In this document: piece after piece, positions 26,263 through 36,333 of the stretch
How positions within the stretch are numbered: the stretch's first letter is position 1
How the letters are laid out: each line of letters starts with the position of its first letter
From: a virus
Lineage: Duplodnaviria; Caudoviricetes
Strand: one strand, 5' to 3'
DNA: 64,000 bases
Virus record (IMG/VR): IMGVR_UViG_3300031938_000001
Span: 8,828-72,827 of that record
Notes under the pieces: model-generated
Told to the model about the DNA's origin: nothing
Databases searched by the model: none
The model's input: only the letters and a program-made list of their open reading frames with translations
Made by a program: the position numbers and the translations under genes

Positions 26263-28970
26263 GTTGGTCCACCGGGGCCTCCAACCCCATCACCCTCGAC
26301 AACACCAACGCCGACACCCCGGCCAACACCCGCAATGGCGCGGTGACCACGGCCGCGTGCGGGGATGGCGTCTCGAAGGCGTGGTACTTCTTCGTCAACG
26401 ACACCAGCGGGGCCGGTGGCGAGGGGTGGAGCACCCTCGACCCGAAGTACTTTTACCTCTACGACGCCACGGCGAACACGTGGACGGCCAAGACGACCTA
26501 CCCCAACTACCACTTTGGGCCGCCCTCGTTCGTCTACTGCAGCGGCAAGGTCTACTCCATCGGCGGCACGGACTTCGTGAGTTTCAGCACCGTCCCGGCG
26601 TACGAGTGTGCCGTGTATGACCCTGTGGCGAACACGTGGACGGCCAAGGCCGCGATCCCGGCTGGCGCCAGTTTCGTGCGCGCCTACTGCAGCGTCGGCA
26701 CGGACATCTACATGCTCGACTCGGCGGCGGCCCTGTGGAAGTACTCGACCACCGGCAACACGTGGTCGCAGGTCTCGACGCTGCCGTCAGCCATCACGAG
26801 CGACTCGAACTGGGCCTTCAATCTCTCTGAGAAGATGATCACGTACAGCGGAAAGTTGTACCTGTTCCTCAAGGATGGAAAGGTCTGGGAGTTCAACCCG
26901 ACGGGCTCCGTGTGGACGGAGAAGCAGACGGCAAGCAGCGTCTACAGCAACTACTCCGGCTGGGATCGGTTCTACGCTATCTCCGGAACGGCATACGCGG
27001 TCCAGATCGGCGCCCCGTCCTCCTTCTACCAGAGTTCGTCCTACAGTACGTACTGGGCCTACGACATGGCGAACAACCTGCGCGCCGACTCCACCGACTT
27101 CGTGATTACGGCCGCGACCGCGATGCAGGCCATCTGGGATGCAATCACGGCAGCAGGCAAGATTGCCGCAGCGGTGAACATCGGCGCCGAGATTGGCACG
27201 AAGGTCGCATTCTTCCACGCCATCCTCTCTGCCGACAAGACGACCGTGCTCGGCGACACCTACATCTTCGACTCCACGATCACCACACCGACGACCGTCA
27301 CCCCGGCGGCCGGAGCGACGATCAACACCGACATTCCAGTCGTTGCGGCGAGCGCCGTCCAGAACGGCGCCGACAAGAAGACGACTCAGTGGCAACTCGC
27401 CACCGATGCGGCGTTCACGCAGAACGTTCGACTCATCACCGACCGCGAACAGGTCAACCAGTTCGGCACCCTCTACTGGGCTGACAAGTACGTCTCCGCT
27501 GGCGCCGTGAACGAGCAGGTCTCCGACTCCGAGGACACCACCTTCGCCGAGGAGCTCTATCAGGGGACGTGGTACATCCGGGCGCGCTCGGGCATCCGCC
27601 CCCGCTGGTCGGCGTGGACTGCCGCGACGACCTTCACGGTCACCCACCCCCCGGCAGCCTCCCCGACCGCGCCCATCGGCGACACCACGCTGGACTTCGG
27701 CGCCTCGGGCGCCGTCACCCTCCAGTGGGACTTCACCGACACCTCGCCGCGCGACGTGCAGACGGCCTACCAGATCGTCGTGGAGCGCAACACCGACGGC
27801 ACGGTCCTGCTCGACACCGGCAAGGTCGCCAGCCAGACCACCCGGCAGCGCGCGTGGAACCTTCCCTCCGCCAACAGGGACGAGATCATCCGCTGGAAGA
27901 TCCGGGCGTGGGACTCCGACGACATCGCGGGCGCCTACTCCTCGTACGCGCTGTTCCGCATGTCAGACAAGCCGACCGTCACCATCACGGCGCCCGCTGA
28001 CGGCGCTGCGCTCTCGGTGGGCGACCCGACCGTCACGTGGACGTTCGCGGCCTCCGCTGGGCGCACACAAGCCTCCTACCGCGTTCGGTTCTACGCGGTC
28101 CCCGGTGGGGCGCTCGTGCACGACAGCGGCGCTCTGGCGGGCTCCACGGGCTCGTACACGCCTTCCTCGCAGGTGCTCGACGTGGGCTCCTACACCGTCA
28201 CCGTCGATTCCACCGACAGTCGGGGGCTCACTGGGACGGACAGCAATGCGTTCTCGACCTCGTACAACGCGCCCAACTCCCCGATCTTCACCGTGGACTC
28301 GAGTGCGTATGCCGACTCGGGCTACATCGCGCTCCACTGGAATGACTCAGTGAGGGATGACTCCTTCTACTCCTACCGGGTCTACCGCCGAGAGCTCGGC
28401 CAGTCCGACGCCGACTGGAAGATGATCGCCGAGTTCACCACCCCGGCTGGCGCCTACGACTACAACGACTACTCGGCTGGCTCGGGCGTCACCTACGAGT
28501 ACGTCGTCGTGCAGGCGGCATACCGCTTCTCGTCGGTGATCGAGTCTTCGAAGGTGATCCCCGGCACGCTCACCGCCGTCGGCACCACCGACCAGTACTG
28601 GCTGGTGCACCCCACCGACTCGAGCCTCAACGTCCTTCTCCGCAGCGTCAAGACGGAATCGTTCAAGGACGAGTACGAGTCGGAGGTCATGCAGGTCATC
28701 GGCCGGGGCCGCCACACGGATCGTGGCACCCGCTGGGGCTACTCCGGTTCGCTGACCGCCTCGATTCGGACGCTGCCGGACGGCACCACCGCTCGCGAGC
28801 AGCGCCTCCGCCTCGAGATGATCGCGGCCGACGGCTCCGAGGTCGCCTACCGCAACCCCTTCGGGGACGTGTGGACGGTCCAGATCTCCGATCCCGAGTT
28901 CGGCCGGGTCGCTGGCGTGGGAACGTCCGAGTTCCTCGACGTGTCGTTCACCTATCAGGAGGTGATGTGA
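26259..28970 (+). CDS. minor tail protein: Kelch-like repeats, Ig/FN3-like domains, distal-tail-like C-terminus
   Basis: Repeated YD..ANTWT.K motifs; WYIRAR, WKIRAWD and YRVYRR FN3-like strands; NPFG near the C-terminus. Confidence 0.75.
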   Translation: MSWSTGASNPITLDNTNADTPANTRNGAVTTAACGDGVSKAWYFFVNDTSGAGGEGWSTLDPKYFYLYDATANTWTAKTTYPNYHFGPPSFVYCSGKVYSIGGTDFVSFSTVPAYECAVYDPVANTWTAKAAIPAGASFVRAYCSVGTDIYMLDSAAALWKYSTTGNTWSQVSTLPSAITSDSNWAFNLSEKMITYSGKLYLFLKDGKVWEFNPTGSVWTEKQTASSVYSNYSGWDRFYAISGTAYAVQIGAPSSFYQSSSYSTYWAYDMANNLRADSTDFVITAATAMQAIWDAITAAGKIAAAVNIGAEIGTKVAFFHAILSADKTTVLGDTYIFDSTITTPTTVTPAAGATINTDIPVVAASAVQNGADKKTTQWQLATDAAFTQNVRLITDREQVNQFGTLYWADKYVSAGAVNEQVSDSEDTTFAEELYQGTWYIRARSGIRPRWSAWTAATTFTVTHPPAASPTAPIGDTTLDFGASGAVTLQWDFTDTSPRDVQTAYQIVVERNTDGTVLLDTGKVASQTTRQRAWNLPSANRDEIIRWKIRAWDSDDIAGAYSSYALFRMSDKPTVTITAPADGAALSVGDPTVTWTFAASAGRTQASYRVRFYAVPGGALVHDSGALAGSTGSYTPSSQVLDVGSYTVTVDSTDSRGLTGTDSNAFSTSYNAPNSPIFTVDSSAYADSGYIALHWNDSVRDDSFYSYRVYRRELGQSDADWKMIAEFTTPAGAYDYNDYSAGSGVTYEYVVVQAAYRFSSVIESSKVIPGTLTAVGTTDQYWLVHPTDSSLNVLLRSVKTESFKDEYESEVMQVIGRGRHTDRGTRWGYSGSLTASIRTLPDGTTAREQRLRLEMIAADGSEVAYRNPFGDVWTVQISDPEFGRVAGVGTSEFLDVSFTYQEVM

Positions 28971-28971
28971 G

Positions 28972-31341
28972 GTGGCAATGCCGCCCGCAGCGGTCGTTGA
29001 CGCCTTCCTCGCCCCCACGACCGCGCACACCCGCCGCGTGGACATCTACGAGGCCGATGGCGTCACCCCGTGGATGCTCAGCGCCCCGACGACTGACGGT
29101 TCGGTCTCGGTGGACTACAGCCGCGACGAGCGCCGGTCGGTTGACCTCACCTTCGACAACTCGGACGGCTCGCTGATCTACGACACCAGTGGGTTCTGGT
29201 ATGACAAGATCATCAAGGTCTTCCGGGGGTGCAAGTACATCGACCCGAATCCGGTAGCCTCCTCGACTGTTCGCCAGAACCTCGTCCCCAACCCGGCGTT
29301 CCGTGCCACCTCGACCACGGTGGAGGTGCGGCGGAACCTGTGCACCAACCCCTCCTTTGGGGCGGGTGCGACGACCGGGTGGGTCAACTATGTCGGCGTC
29401 GGCACTCTCGCGGCCGAGGCGGGCGCGGCATACTCGGGCTCATATGGACTCACGGCTACTGCGGATGGTACGAATGCCGTCCCTCGCATCGCTCAGTCCT
29501 ATGCGGCTGCAGTGGCTCCCGGCGACTCCATCACGCTCACCGCTCGCGCTCGTCTGGTGGCTGGCTCCGGATGGCAGCCAACCGCAGCGCCTTACTTTAT
29601 TCTCCGTGGCGCCAATAATGCGGGGGGCGAATGGGCCATCCCGTACAACCCGACCACGCTCGTCCCTGACGCGGACGGCTGGTATCTCGTCTCCATGACT
29701 GCGGTTGCTGGTTCAGACTCCAATGGAAACCTGACCATCAACCTCGGATTCAGCAACGGAGGCGTTAACCCTCCAGCGACCGCCAAGTTCCAAGTTGACG
29801 AGGTGCTAGTCGAGAAGGGGGCGGGCTCGCTCGCGTACTTCGACGGCGCCACCCCGGCCGCCGAGGGCCTTACCTACGCATGGACGGGTGCGGCGAACGC
29901 GAGCGCCAGCACGGCAAGCGGCGTCAAGGCAACGGGCTACGCGAACAACGACCCCACCTACTTCCGCCCGTGGACGCTGCCCGACCCCGAGGGCGGCGGC
30001 AACATCCTGCGCATCCTCTCGGCGCCGACCAACCCGAGCCCGACCGCGCCATACCTGTCCATATCGCCTCGCGTCCCGGCCGCGCCCGATCAGACGGTGA
30101 CGTTCTCGTTCGAGGCGAGGGGATATGGCGTGACGCCGGGCCGCCAGTTCCGAGTCACGCTCTACCCGGTGGACTCTGGCGGGAACCTGCTGAGCGGCGA
30201 CGCCATTGCGATCATCGTCAATGAGCCGCTGACCGAGGAGTGGACGAGGTACTCGGGCTCGATCACACTCCCGGCCACCACGGCGACGATGACGCCTTAC
30301 ATGTACCCGACCGGGGCGACCGCATGGAAGAACGGCATCGACGGCATCGACTTGCGACGATTCATGATCGAGGACGGGCTGGCCGCTGGCATCTACTTCG
30401 ACGGCTCGACCACGGACACCCCGACGCAGGTGCGCTCGTGGGACGGCGCCGCCGACGCGAGCACGTCCACGGAGACCTCGACCTTCTACGTCTCGAACCC
30501 GACCGACGCCTTCTGGGAGACGCAGATCGGTGAGTTCATGATCGACCGGATCACCGAGCCCAACTTCCCGAACATCATCAAGGTGTCCGGCCGGGACTAC
30601 ACCAAGAAGATGCTGCTGTCGAAGTTCACTGCGGCGACCGGCTTCAATGAGGGCCAGTCCGTGGATGCGGTGATCAACACCCTCGCGTCCAACGCCGGGA
30701 TCGACGCCCAGAAGCGGCTCATCCCGGTGACCGGCAAGTTCCTCGGACGCGACTTCATCTTCGACGCCGGGACCTCCCGCTGGGAGGCGTGCAAGCAGAT
30801 CGCCGACGCCTACGGCTACGAGCTCTTCTTTGACGCCTACGGCAACCTCGTCATGCGCGAGTACATCGACCCCACCTTCGGGCCGCTGTCCTACACGTTC
30901 ACGACCGGCTCGCTCGGCAACATGGTGAGTTACGAGAAGACTGTCAATGACAGCCGCCTCTACAATCACATCTTGGTTACCGGCGAGGCGTCCGACATCC
31001 TCTCGGTGAGCGCAGAGTCGCGCAACGACAACCCCTCGAGTCCGACCAACATCACGCTGATCGGCGACCGGCTCTACACCTACTCCTCGTCGTTCATCAC
31101 CACCACCCAGCAGGCGCAGGACGTGGCCGACTCCTTCCTCGCGATCCATGCGCTGCAGGAGTACGAACTCAACCTGTCGGCGCTGATGCTGCCGTGGCTG
31201 GAGGTCGGAGAGATCGTCGCCTTCGAGGACCCGAAGGCGAGCGCCATCCAGCCGGATCGGTTCCTGCTGTCCACGCTGACCTACCCGCTCGCCCTCGGCG
31301 CCATGAGTGCTGTCGGCAAGCGCGTCACGATTGTAGGCTGA
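28972..31341 (+). CDS. minor tail protein (hub-like) with inserted carbohydrate-binding-like modules
   Basis: SVSVD..RDERRS N-terminus; RxNLxxNPxF and YFDG repeats; conserved C-terminal hub-like region. Confidence 0.75.
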   Translation: MAMPPAAVVDAFLAPTTAHTRRVDIYEADGVTPWMLSAPTTDGSVSVDYSRDERRSVDLTFDNSDGSLIYDTSGFWYDKIIKVFRGCKYIDPNPVASSTVRQNLVPNPAFRATSTTVEVRRNLCTNPSFGAGATTGWVNYVGVGTLAAEAGAAYSGSYGLTATADGTNAVPRIAQSYAAAVAPGDSITLTARARLVAGSGWQPTAAPYFILRGANNAGGEWAIPYNPTTLVPDADGWYLVSMTAVAGSDSNGNLTINLGFSNGGVNPPATAKFQVDEVLVEKGAGSLAYFDGATPAAEGLTYAWTGAANASASTASGVKATGYANNDPTYFRPWTLPDPEGGGNILRILSAPTNPSPTAPYLSISPRVPAAPDQTVTFSFEARGYGVTPGRQFRVTLYPVDSGGNLLSGDAIAIIVNEPLTEEWTRYSGSITLPATTATMTPYMYPTGATAWKNGIDGIDLRRFMIEDGLAAGIYFDGSTTDTPTQVRSWDGAADASTSTETSTFYVSNPTDAFWETQIGEFMIDRITEPNFPNIIKVSGRDYTKKMLLSKFTAATGFNEGQSVDAVINTLASNAGIDAQKRLIPVTGKFLGRDFIFDAGTSRWEACKQIADAYGYELFFDAYGNLVMREYIDPTFGPLSYTFTTGSLGNMVSYEKTVNDSRLYNHILVTGEASDILSVSAESRNDNPSSPTNITLIGDRLYTYSSSFITTTQQAQDVADSFLAIHALQEYELNLSALMLPWLEVGEIVAFEDPKASAIQPDRFLLSTLTYPLALGAMSAVGKRVTIVG

Positions 31342-31346
31342 GACTC

Positions 31347-32753
31347 ATGGGTGGATTCGGCGAGTACCCGATCTCGATGAAGATGCGGGACATCATCGAC
31401 CGCATCGCGACCTCTGCCATCGACCGCGAGCGCCCGCGCTACAAGTACGCCACGGTCCAGAGTATCGACCGGCCCAACTACAAGTGCACCGTCCGCTTCC
31501 CCGGCGAGTCCACCGACATCACCGTCTCCATGGGCGGCGTGCAGCCCAGCGCGGTCGGCCAGCGGGTTCGGGTGGCCGGGCTCGGCGGTGACTACTTCGT
31601 CGATGACGTGATGGGCAAGCCCTACCTCACTCTCGCCGGCGCCGCCTCGGATGGCGACATCTCCTCTGGAGGGGCGATCACCTCGGTCGGCCCCATCTCT
31701 ACCGACGACGCCATCTCTGCCGATGGTGCCGTCGCGTCCGGTGGCCTAGCGTCGGGCGCGGCCGGGCTGCGGGCGGCCAACGGCAAGGTCTGGTTCGCCA
31801 CCCCGGCTGGCGATGGCACGAACAACGACCTCATCCGCTACGACGAGACCACCAACCGCTACCACTTCATCGCAGATCAGGCGACCTCTGACGGAAACGC
31901 CAACGCAGATGTGCAGGTGTCCGCCCTGCTGGCCGACACCCTCAAGATGGGGCCGAACGGCTACAACAGGCACTTCATCCGCAACCTGCAGCACATGATC
32001 ACGGGCGGTGGCATCCTCACCTCGAACGCCACGAGCGTCGCGTGGTCCTTCCGCTTCATCGCCATCTCCATCGCTCGCGGCGCGGACTCGGCGGCCAATG
32101 GATACTTCGAGATTCAGATGCCTCCGGACGGCACGGTCATCCCCGGCCTCGGCTCGACCCCCAGTGTCACCGTGGCGGGCGGCGCGATCCCCTTCGGCTC
32201 TTGGAACATGCTGTGGTACAAGTTGCCCCTCGGAGGCACGAGCACCTCCCTGCCGGGGAACTTCTTCGTTACCAACTACACGGCCGGTGGTAACTTCACG
32301 CCGACCGACGACATGATCCCCATCGTGGCCCAGAATCTCGACGGCGCCTCCCACCGCTGGCGCTGGTGCACTGGGGCGACCACCGACTACTGGCACGCGC
32401 CGACGCTACTCAACAGTTGGATCAACTACGGTTCCGGCTGGGACACGGCTGCCTACAAGAAAGAGAACGGCATCGTGTACCTCAAGGGGCTGATCAAGTT
32501 CGGCTCCCCGGTGACTGCGAACATGTTCATCCTCCCAGCCGGATACCGCCCCATCGGGGACAACATCTTCACCGGCATCACCAACACCAACACCACGGGT
32601 GGCGCGTCTGCGGGTACGGCGCACACGCACGGCCTCGCCTCCACCGGGGTTCGGATCGACATTCTCAGCACTGGCGAGGTCCTCTGCAACACCCCCAGTG
32701 CGGCGGCGGGATTCATCAGTCTCGCAGGCATTTCCTTCCCCGCCGGAGGCTGA
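31347..32753 (+). CDS. tail tip/receptor-binding protein
   Basis: ATG 31347; OB-fold-like N-terminus; C-terminal LLNSW.NYG...KENGIVYLKGLI...LP.GYRP. Confidence 0.7.
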   Translation: MGGFGEYPISMKMRDIIDRIATSAIDRERPRYKYATVQSIDRPNYKCTVRFPGESTDITVSMGGVQPSAVGQRVRVAGLGGDYFVDDVMGKPYLTLAGAASDGDISSGGAITSVGPISTDDAISADGAVASGGLASGAAGLRAANGKVWFATPAGDGTNNDLIRYDETTNRYHFIADQATSDGNANADVQVSALLADTLKMGPNGYNRHFIRNLQHMITGGGILTSNATSVAWSFRFIAISIARGADSAANGYFEIQMPPDGTVIPGLGSTPSVTVAGGAIPFGSWNMLWYKLPLGGTSTSLPGNFFVTNYTAGGNFTPTDDMIPIVAQNLDGASHRWRWCTGATTDYWHAPTLLNSWINYGSGWDTAAYKKENGIVYLKGLIKFGSPVTANMFILPAGYRPIGDNIFTGITNTNTTGGASAGTAHTHGLASTGVRIDILSTGEVLCNTPSAAAGFISLAGISFPAGG

Positions 32754-32844
32754 TTCTCGAGCGGTGTTAGACCCGCAATGCCTCGAGGCGATATCGTGAG
32801 CACATCTGCTGATCCCAGCATGCCCGTACCCACGGAGGACAGGA

Positions 32845-33210
32845 ATGGACTTCTTCGACCCGACAAACGTGGCCCGACTCATCGGCCTCGTCGTCCCGCT
32901 GCTCGTCGCACTCGTCTCCAAGAAGGTCGCCGATGGCGGCGTGAAGGGCTGGCTCAACGTCGCCCTGTCCGCGCTCGCTGCGGTGATCGCCACCCTCATC
33001 GGCGCCGATGGCGGCTGGGCGTGGATGGCCTTCTTGAACGCATGGATCAATGCCTTCATCGTCGGCATCGCGGCCTACTACGGCGTCTACAAGCCCAACG
33101 GCCTCACCCAGTCGGTCACGAGGAACACCGCAAACTTCGGTGTCGTGTCCCTGCTCGGGTATCGCGGTAGCAAGCGGCCCGAGGTCGAGGTGAAGGCGCC
33201 AGCGGCATGA
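32845..33210 (+). CDS. holin
   Basis: 121 aa with about three hydrophobic segments, upstream of the endolysin; RBS ggagga. Confidence 0.75.
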   Translation: MDFFDPTNVARLIGLVVPLLVALVSKKVADGGVKGWLNVALSALAAVIATLIGADGGWAWMAFLNAWINAFIVGIAAYYGVYKPNGLTQSVTRNTANFGVVSLLGYRGSKRPEVEVKAPAA

Positions 33211-33353
33211 CCGAGCTCCCCACGGTGGTCCCCTCGGACGCCGATGAAGGCTGGACGCCTCCCGGCTACACCCCCGGCCCAGACGACCCCGGCCCTGTGC
33301 AGGACGTGCACAGTGAGCACGAGGACGACGTGACCGAGGGAGACGAGTCGTGA
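33207..33353 (+). CDS. 48-aa acidic peptide (not in the ORF track)
   Basis: ATGA overlap with the holin stop and GTGA overlap with the endolysin start; MTELPTVVPSDADEG...EGDES*. Confidence 0.5.
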   Translation: MTELPTVVPSDADEGWTPPGYTPGPDDPGPVQDVHSEHEDDVTEGDES

Positions 33354-34315
33354 GCACCTCTGTCTGGCTGCGCGACGCCATCGCCAAGCCGTCCTCCAAC
33401 GACGGCGGCTCGATGATCGGTGGCGCGGCCTACCTCACGTGGCACACCTTCGAGGCCGACCCGATGAGGTTGAGCGCCCGTGCTGGCGCCGACATCCTCA
33501 TCCGGCAGGGCACCGAAGTGCACTTCGTCGTCAACCCCATCTCGGGCGAGATCGTGCAGATCCTCCCGGTCAACCGCGCTGGTCGCGGTCTGGTCAATGC
33601 CCCCGGTGGCGTCCAGACGAACCGCGCTGGCACCGTGAACATCCAAGTCGAGGTCATCGCCTACGCTCGCGACCCCTTCACCGCCAAGTGGAGCGCCGCA
33701 GGGCGAGCCGCCATCGGGCGGATCAGGGCGTTCGCCGCGCTGCATGGAGTTGCAGTCGGAACGTGGCCCGCCGGAGCCCCACTGGGTGCCGGAGCTCGCT
33801 ACAACCGCATCGCACCCGCCTCATCTGGTGAATACACCCACCAGAACTGGCTCGAGAACTGGCACTGGGACGCCGGAGCCATCTCGGTCATCGAGATGAA
33901 CGCGACCACGGGAGGCGCGGCGCCCAAGCCTGCGCCCGCCCCGGCGCCGAGCAAGCCCAAGCCCACGAGCAAGCCCAAGGCCGTTCCCGGTCCCGGCTAC
34001 GCCTTCCCGCTGCCGAGCGGCTACTACTTCGGCCCCGCCTCCGGTGGCCCGAAGTCGGTGTCCGGCATCTACGCGCGGTCCTTCAAGGGTCGCCCCGACG
34101 ACTGGTGGCTGCGGGAGTTCGCAAACCAGTTGGCGCGGCGCGGCTGGTCGGTCGGGCGCGGCAAGCGCTACCTCGGGCGGTATGGCAACGACGGCAAGTA
34201 CGGTTCCGAGTACACCGAACTCATCGAGGCATTCCAGCGTGATCAGGACCTCGGCGACGACGGCCTGCTCGGGCCTGCCACGTGGAATGCCGCCTTCAAG
34301 AACCCGGTCACGTAA
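33350..34315 (+). CDS. endolysin: N-acetylmuramoyl-L-alanine amidase with a C-terminal peptidoglycan-binding domain
   Basis: WHTFE, QVEVI and H...ENWHWDAG Zn-amidase motifs; PK/PA linker; FQRDQDLGDDGLLGPATW. Confidence 0.85.
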   Translation: MSTSVWLRDAIAKPSSNDGGSMIGGAAYLTWHTFEADPMRLSARAGADILIRQGTEVHFVVNPISGEIVQILPVNRAGRGLVNAPGGVQTNRAGTVNIQVEVIAYARDPFTAKWSAAGRAAIGRIRAFAALHGVAVGTWPAGAPLGAGARYNRIAPASSGEYTHQNWLENWHWDAGAISVIEMNATTGGAAPKPAPAPAPSKPKPTSKPKAVPGPGYAFPLPSGYYFGPASGGPKSVSGIYARSFKGRPDDWWLREFANQLARRGWSVGRGKRYLGRYGNDGKYGSEYTELIEAFQRDQDLGDDGLLGPATWNAAFKNPVT

Positions 34316-34330
34316 CGCCAAAGGCATACT

Positions 34331-34762
34331 GTGACCGAGCGCCCACTGCCATACGCGACAGACGAGAAGCGCTGGGGCGTTCTCTACAGGTGTTCCTTCG
34401 GGACCATCGGTGCGAGCGCGCTCTACGCAGTCCTCTACCTCGTGCGCCCCGAACAGGTCGAGCGAAGCCTGCTCGGGGCGCTGGCGACCCATCAAGCATG
34501 GGCCGGTGTGCAGTTGGCGCTTTCGCTAGGGCTGCTGCTCGCGCAGCGGCATGGTGGCCCGTGGTTGCGGATGGCTCACGCCATCGGCCTCGGTGTGCAG
34601 ACGTTCTACGCTCTCATGTGGCTTGCGTCCGGGCTGATTGACCGCTCCGGGCTGTTCGTGGCAGTGGGAGTGGGGTCGATTGCACTCATGCATTGGGCGA
34701 TGTCCAGCGTTCGCTGGCCGCTCAAGAACACACACAAAGGACGCGGGCGTGGGCGGAAGTAA
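34331..34762 (+). CDS. multi-pass membrane protein (lysis accessory)
   Basis: About four hydrophobic segments; basic C-terminus. Confidence 0.65.
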   Translation: MTERPLPYATDEKRWGVLYRCSFGTIGASALYAVLYLVRPEQVERSLLGALATHQAWAGVQLALSLGLLLAQRHGGPWLRMAHAIGLGVQTFYALMWLASGLIDRSGLFVAVGVGSIALMHWAMSSVRWPLKNTHKGRGRGRK

Positions 34763-35006
34763 CGGGGTCGTTCTCGCCGCCGTCATTACGGCGATCTTCT
34801 CGGGCGTTATCGGGGTGGTCACCGCATTGCCGACGGTTGTCAAGACCATCAGGGAGATCAAGCGGGGCGACACGGAGGACTACCGCGAAGCGGTGACCTT
34901 GCGAGCGCTCATCCGGAGGCTGTACTCATGGATGAATGGTCGCGCCGTGTGGGATGATCTGCCTGACGAGATTCGTGAGTCGATAGAGCGAGAGGCTCTG
35001 AAATGA
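34749..35006 (+). CDS. single-pass membrane protein
   Basis: GTG 34749; VVLAAVITAIFSGVIGVV then a charged helix. Confidence 0.6.
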   Translation: MGGSNGVVLAAVITAIFSGVIGVVTALPTVVKTIREIKRGDTEDYREAVTLRALIRRLYSWMNGRAVWDDLPDEIRESIEREALK

Positions 35007-35752
35007 CAAGGGAAATCGTGAAGCGGGAGCGGAAGGTCACGGTGGGTTTCATCGTGGTCGTCCTGTCGTTGATCGCGCTGGGGGGGCTGGCCTTGTTTCT
35101 CTACGACCAGAACCAGATGCAGGACCGAGCGATCCACTCCCTCCAGACGGAGAGCGTCAAGAAGGGCGATGCCATCGACGCCCTCTCCAACGACAGCAAG
35201 AAACTTCGGGACAAGTTGGCGAAGGAGGGGGTGAACCCGAACACCATCGCGCCACCCCCCGAGAAGCGCACCAACGAGGTGCCTGAGCCGACTGTCGTCA
35301 ACAACACGATCATCCAGCGGCCGACGTACGCACAGGTACAGTCAGCCGTGGAGAGCGTGATGAAGTCGAACCCTGACCTCACGCAGTCGCAGATCGTGTC
35401 GGCGGTGGGCGCCTACCTCAAGGCTAATCCGCCGCCCGCTGGCCCTGCTGGAAAGAACGGCGCCAACGGCAAGGACGGCACGAACGGTGTCGATGGCGCC
35501 AGCGGGCCGCCCGGTCCCTCGCCGACGCAGGAGCAGGTGGACGCCGCCGTGGTCGCGTACTGCGACAGCCACGACGGGTGCGCAGGTCCACCGGGGCCGA
35601 CTGGACAGCCCGGCGCCGACGGCACGGACGCAGTTCCCTTCTCGTTCATCTTCACCATTCCCGAGGATCCGCCCCTCAAGCCAGCGCGCACCTACAAGTG
35701 CACCATCTCTGCGCCGGACACCAATGCGGAGTGCGTCCTGCAGAATCAGTGA
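35003..35752 (+). CDS. membrane-anchored collagen-like protein
   Basis: N-terminal TM segment, coiled-coil, G-X-Y repeats (GPAGKNGANGKDGTNG; GPPGPTGQPGADG), paired Cys. Confidence 0.8.
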   Translation: MTREIVKRERKVTVGFIVVVLSLIALGGLALFLYDQNQMQDRAIHSLQTESVKKGDAIDALSNDSKKLRDKLAKEGVNPNTIAPPPEKRTNEVPEPTVVNNTIIQRPTYAQVQSAVESVMKSNPDLTQSQIVSAVGAYLKANPPPAGPAGKNGANGKDGTNGVDGASGPPGPSPTQEQVDAAVVAYCDSHDGCAGPPGPTGQPGADGTDAVPFSFIFTIPEDPPLKPARTYKCTISAPDTNAECVLQNQ

Positions 35753-35781
35753 GTTTCCCCGACCGCTACCGGGGATGGGCC

Positions 35782-35821
35782 ACGGCCCCAGCACTCAATC
35801 TCACGAGAGTGCTGGGGCCGT
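35782..35821. terminator. hairpin between the convergent late and early arms
   Basis: ACGGCCCCAGCACTC / GAGTGCTGGGGCCGT perfect 15-bp stem. Confidence 0.75.
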
Positions 35822-35920
35822 TGGTGTTGAGTAGAGATGGAATGGCTCGCTTCGTTTGTTGCCGGCGAATCACTGGGCTCCCACTGGCTCAGACTGGAGT
35901 CCCAGACTTGGGCCAGTGAA

Positions 35921-36148
35921 CTAGGTGACGCTGATGGCTTCCGGCTCCACGACCGTCGCGGCGGCGGCCTTGTACGCCATGCCCGACTCGTAGGAGCGCA
36001 CCGTCTCGCGGATGTAGTCGGCGATCCGAGCCTTGGTGAACGCAGCCTTGGTGACGCCGCTGTTCGGGTCGTAGTCGAAGGTGTTGGTGAACGCCTCCAC
36101 GACGCGCGGACCTGCGTCGTCGGGGTAGGTGAAGGTGAGCGTCGCCAC
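35921..36148 (-). CDS. hypothetical protein
   Basis: 75 aa, GC3-rich. Confidence 0.65.
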   Translation of the reverse strand: MATLTFTYPDDAGPRVVEAFTNTFDYDPNSGVTKAAFTKARIADYIRETVRSYESGMAYKAAAATVVEPEAISVT

Positions 36149-36333
36149 TAGAACTTCCTCGTCTTGTGTTGGGGGGAGGGCGACTTGGAGATGTCGGCCT
36201 GCTGGCTGCCGGTGACCGGGAACCCTTCGTGGCCGCAGTTCACGCAGCGGGGCGGGTTGCCGCCGGGCGTGATGACCTTCTTGGGGATCTCATTCACGTA
36301 GCCGCAGGTCATGCACCTGATCTTCTTCGCCAC
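36148..36333 (-). CDS. small Zn-ribbon protein
   Basis: CMTCG...CVNCG. Confidence 0.65.
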   Translation of the reverse strand: MAKKIRCMTCGYVNEIPKKVITPGGNPPRCVNCGHEGFPVTGSQQADISKSPSPQHKTRKF

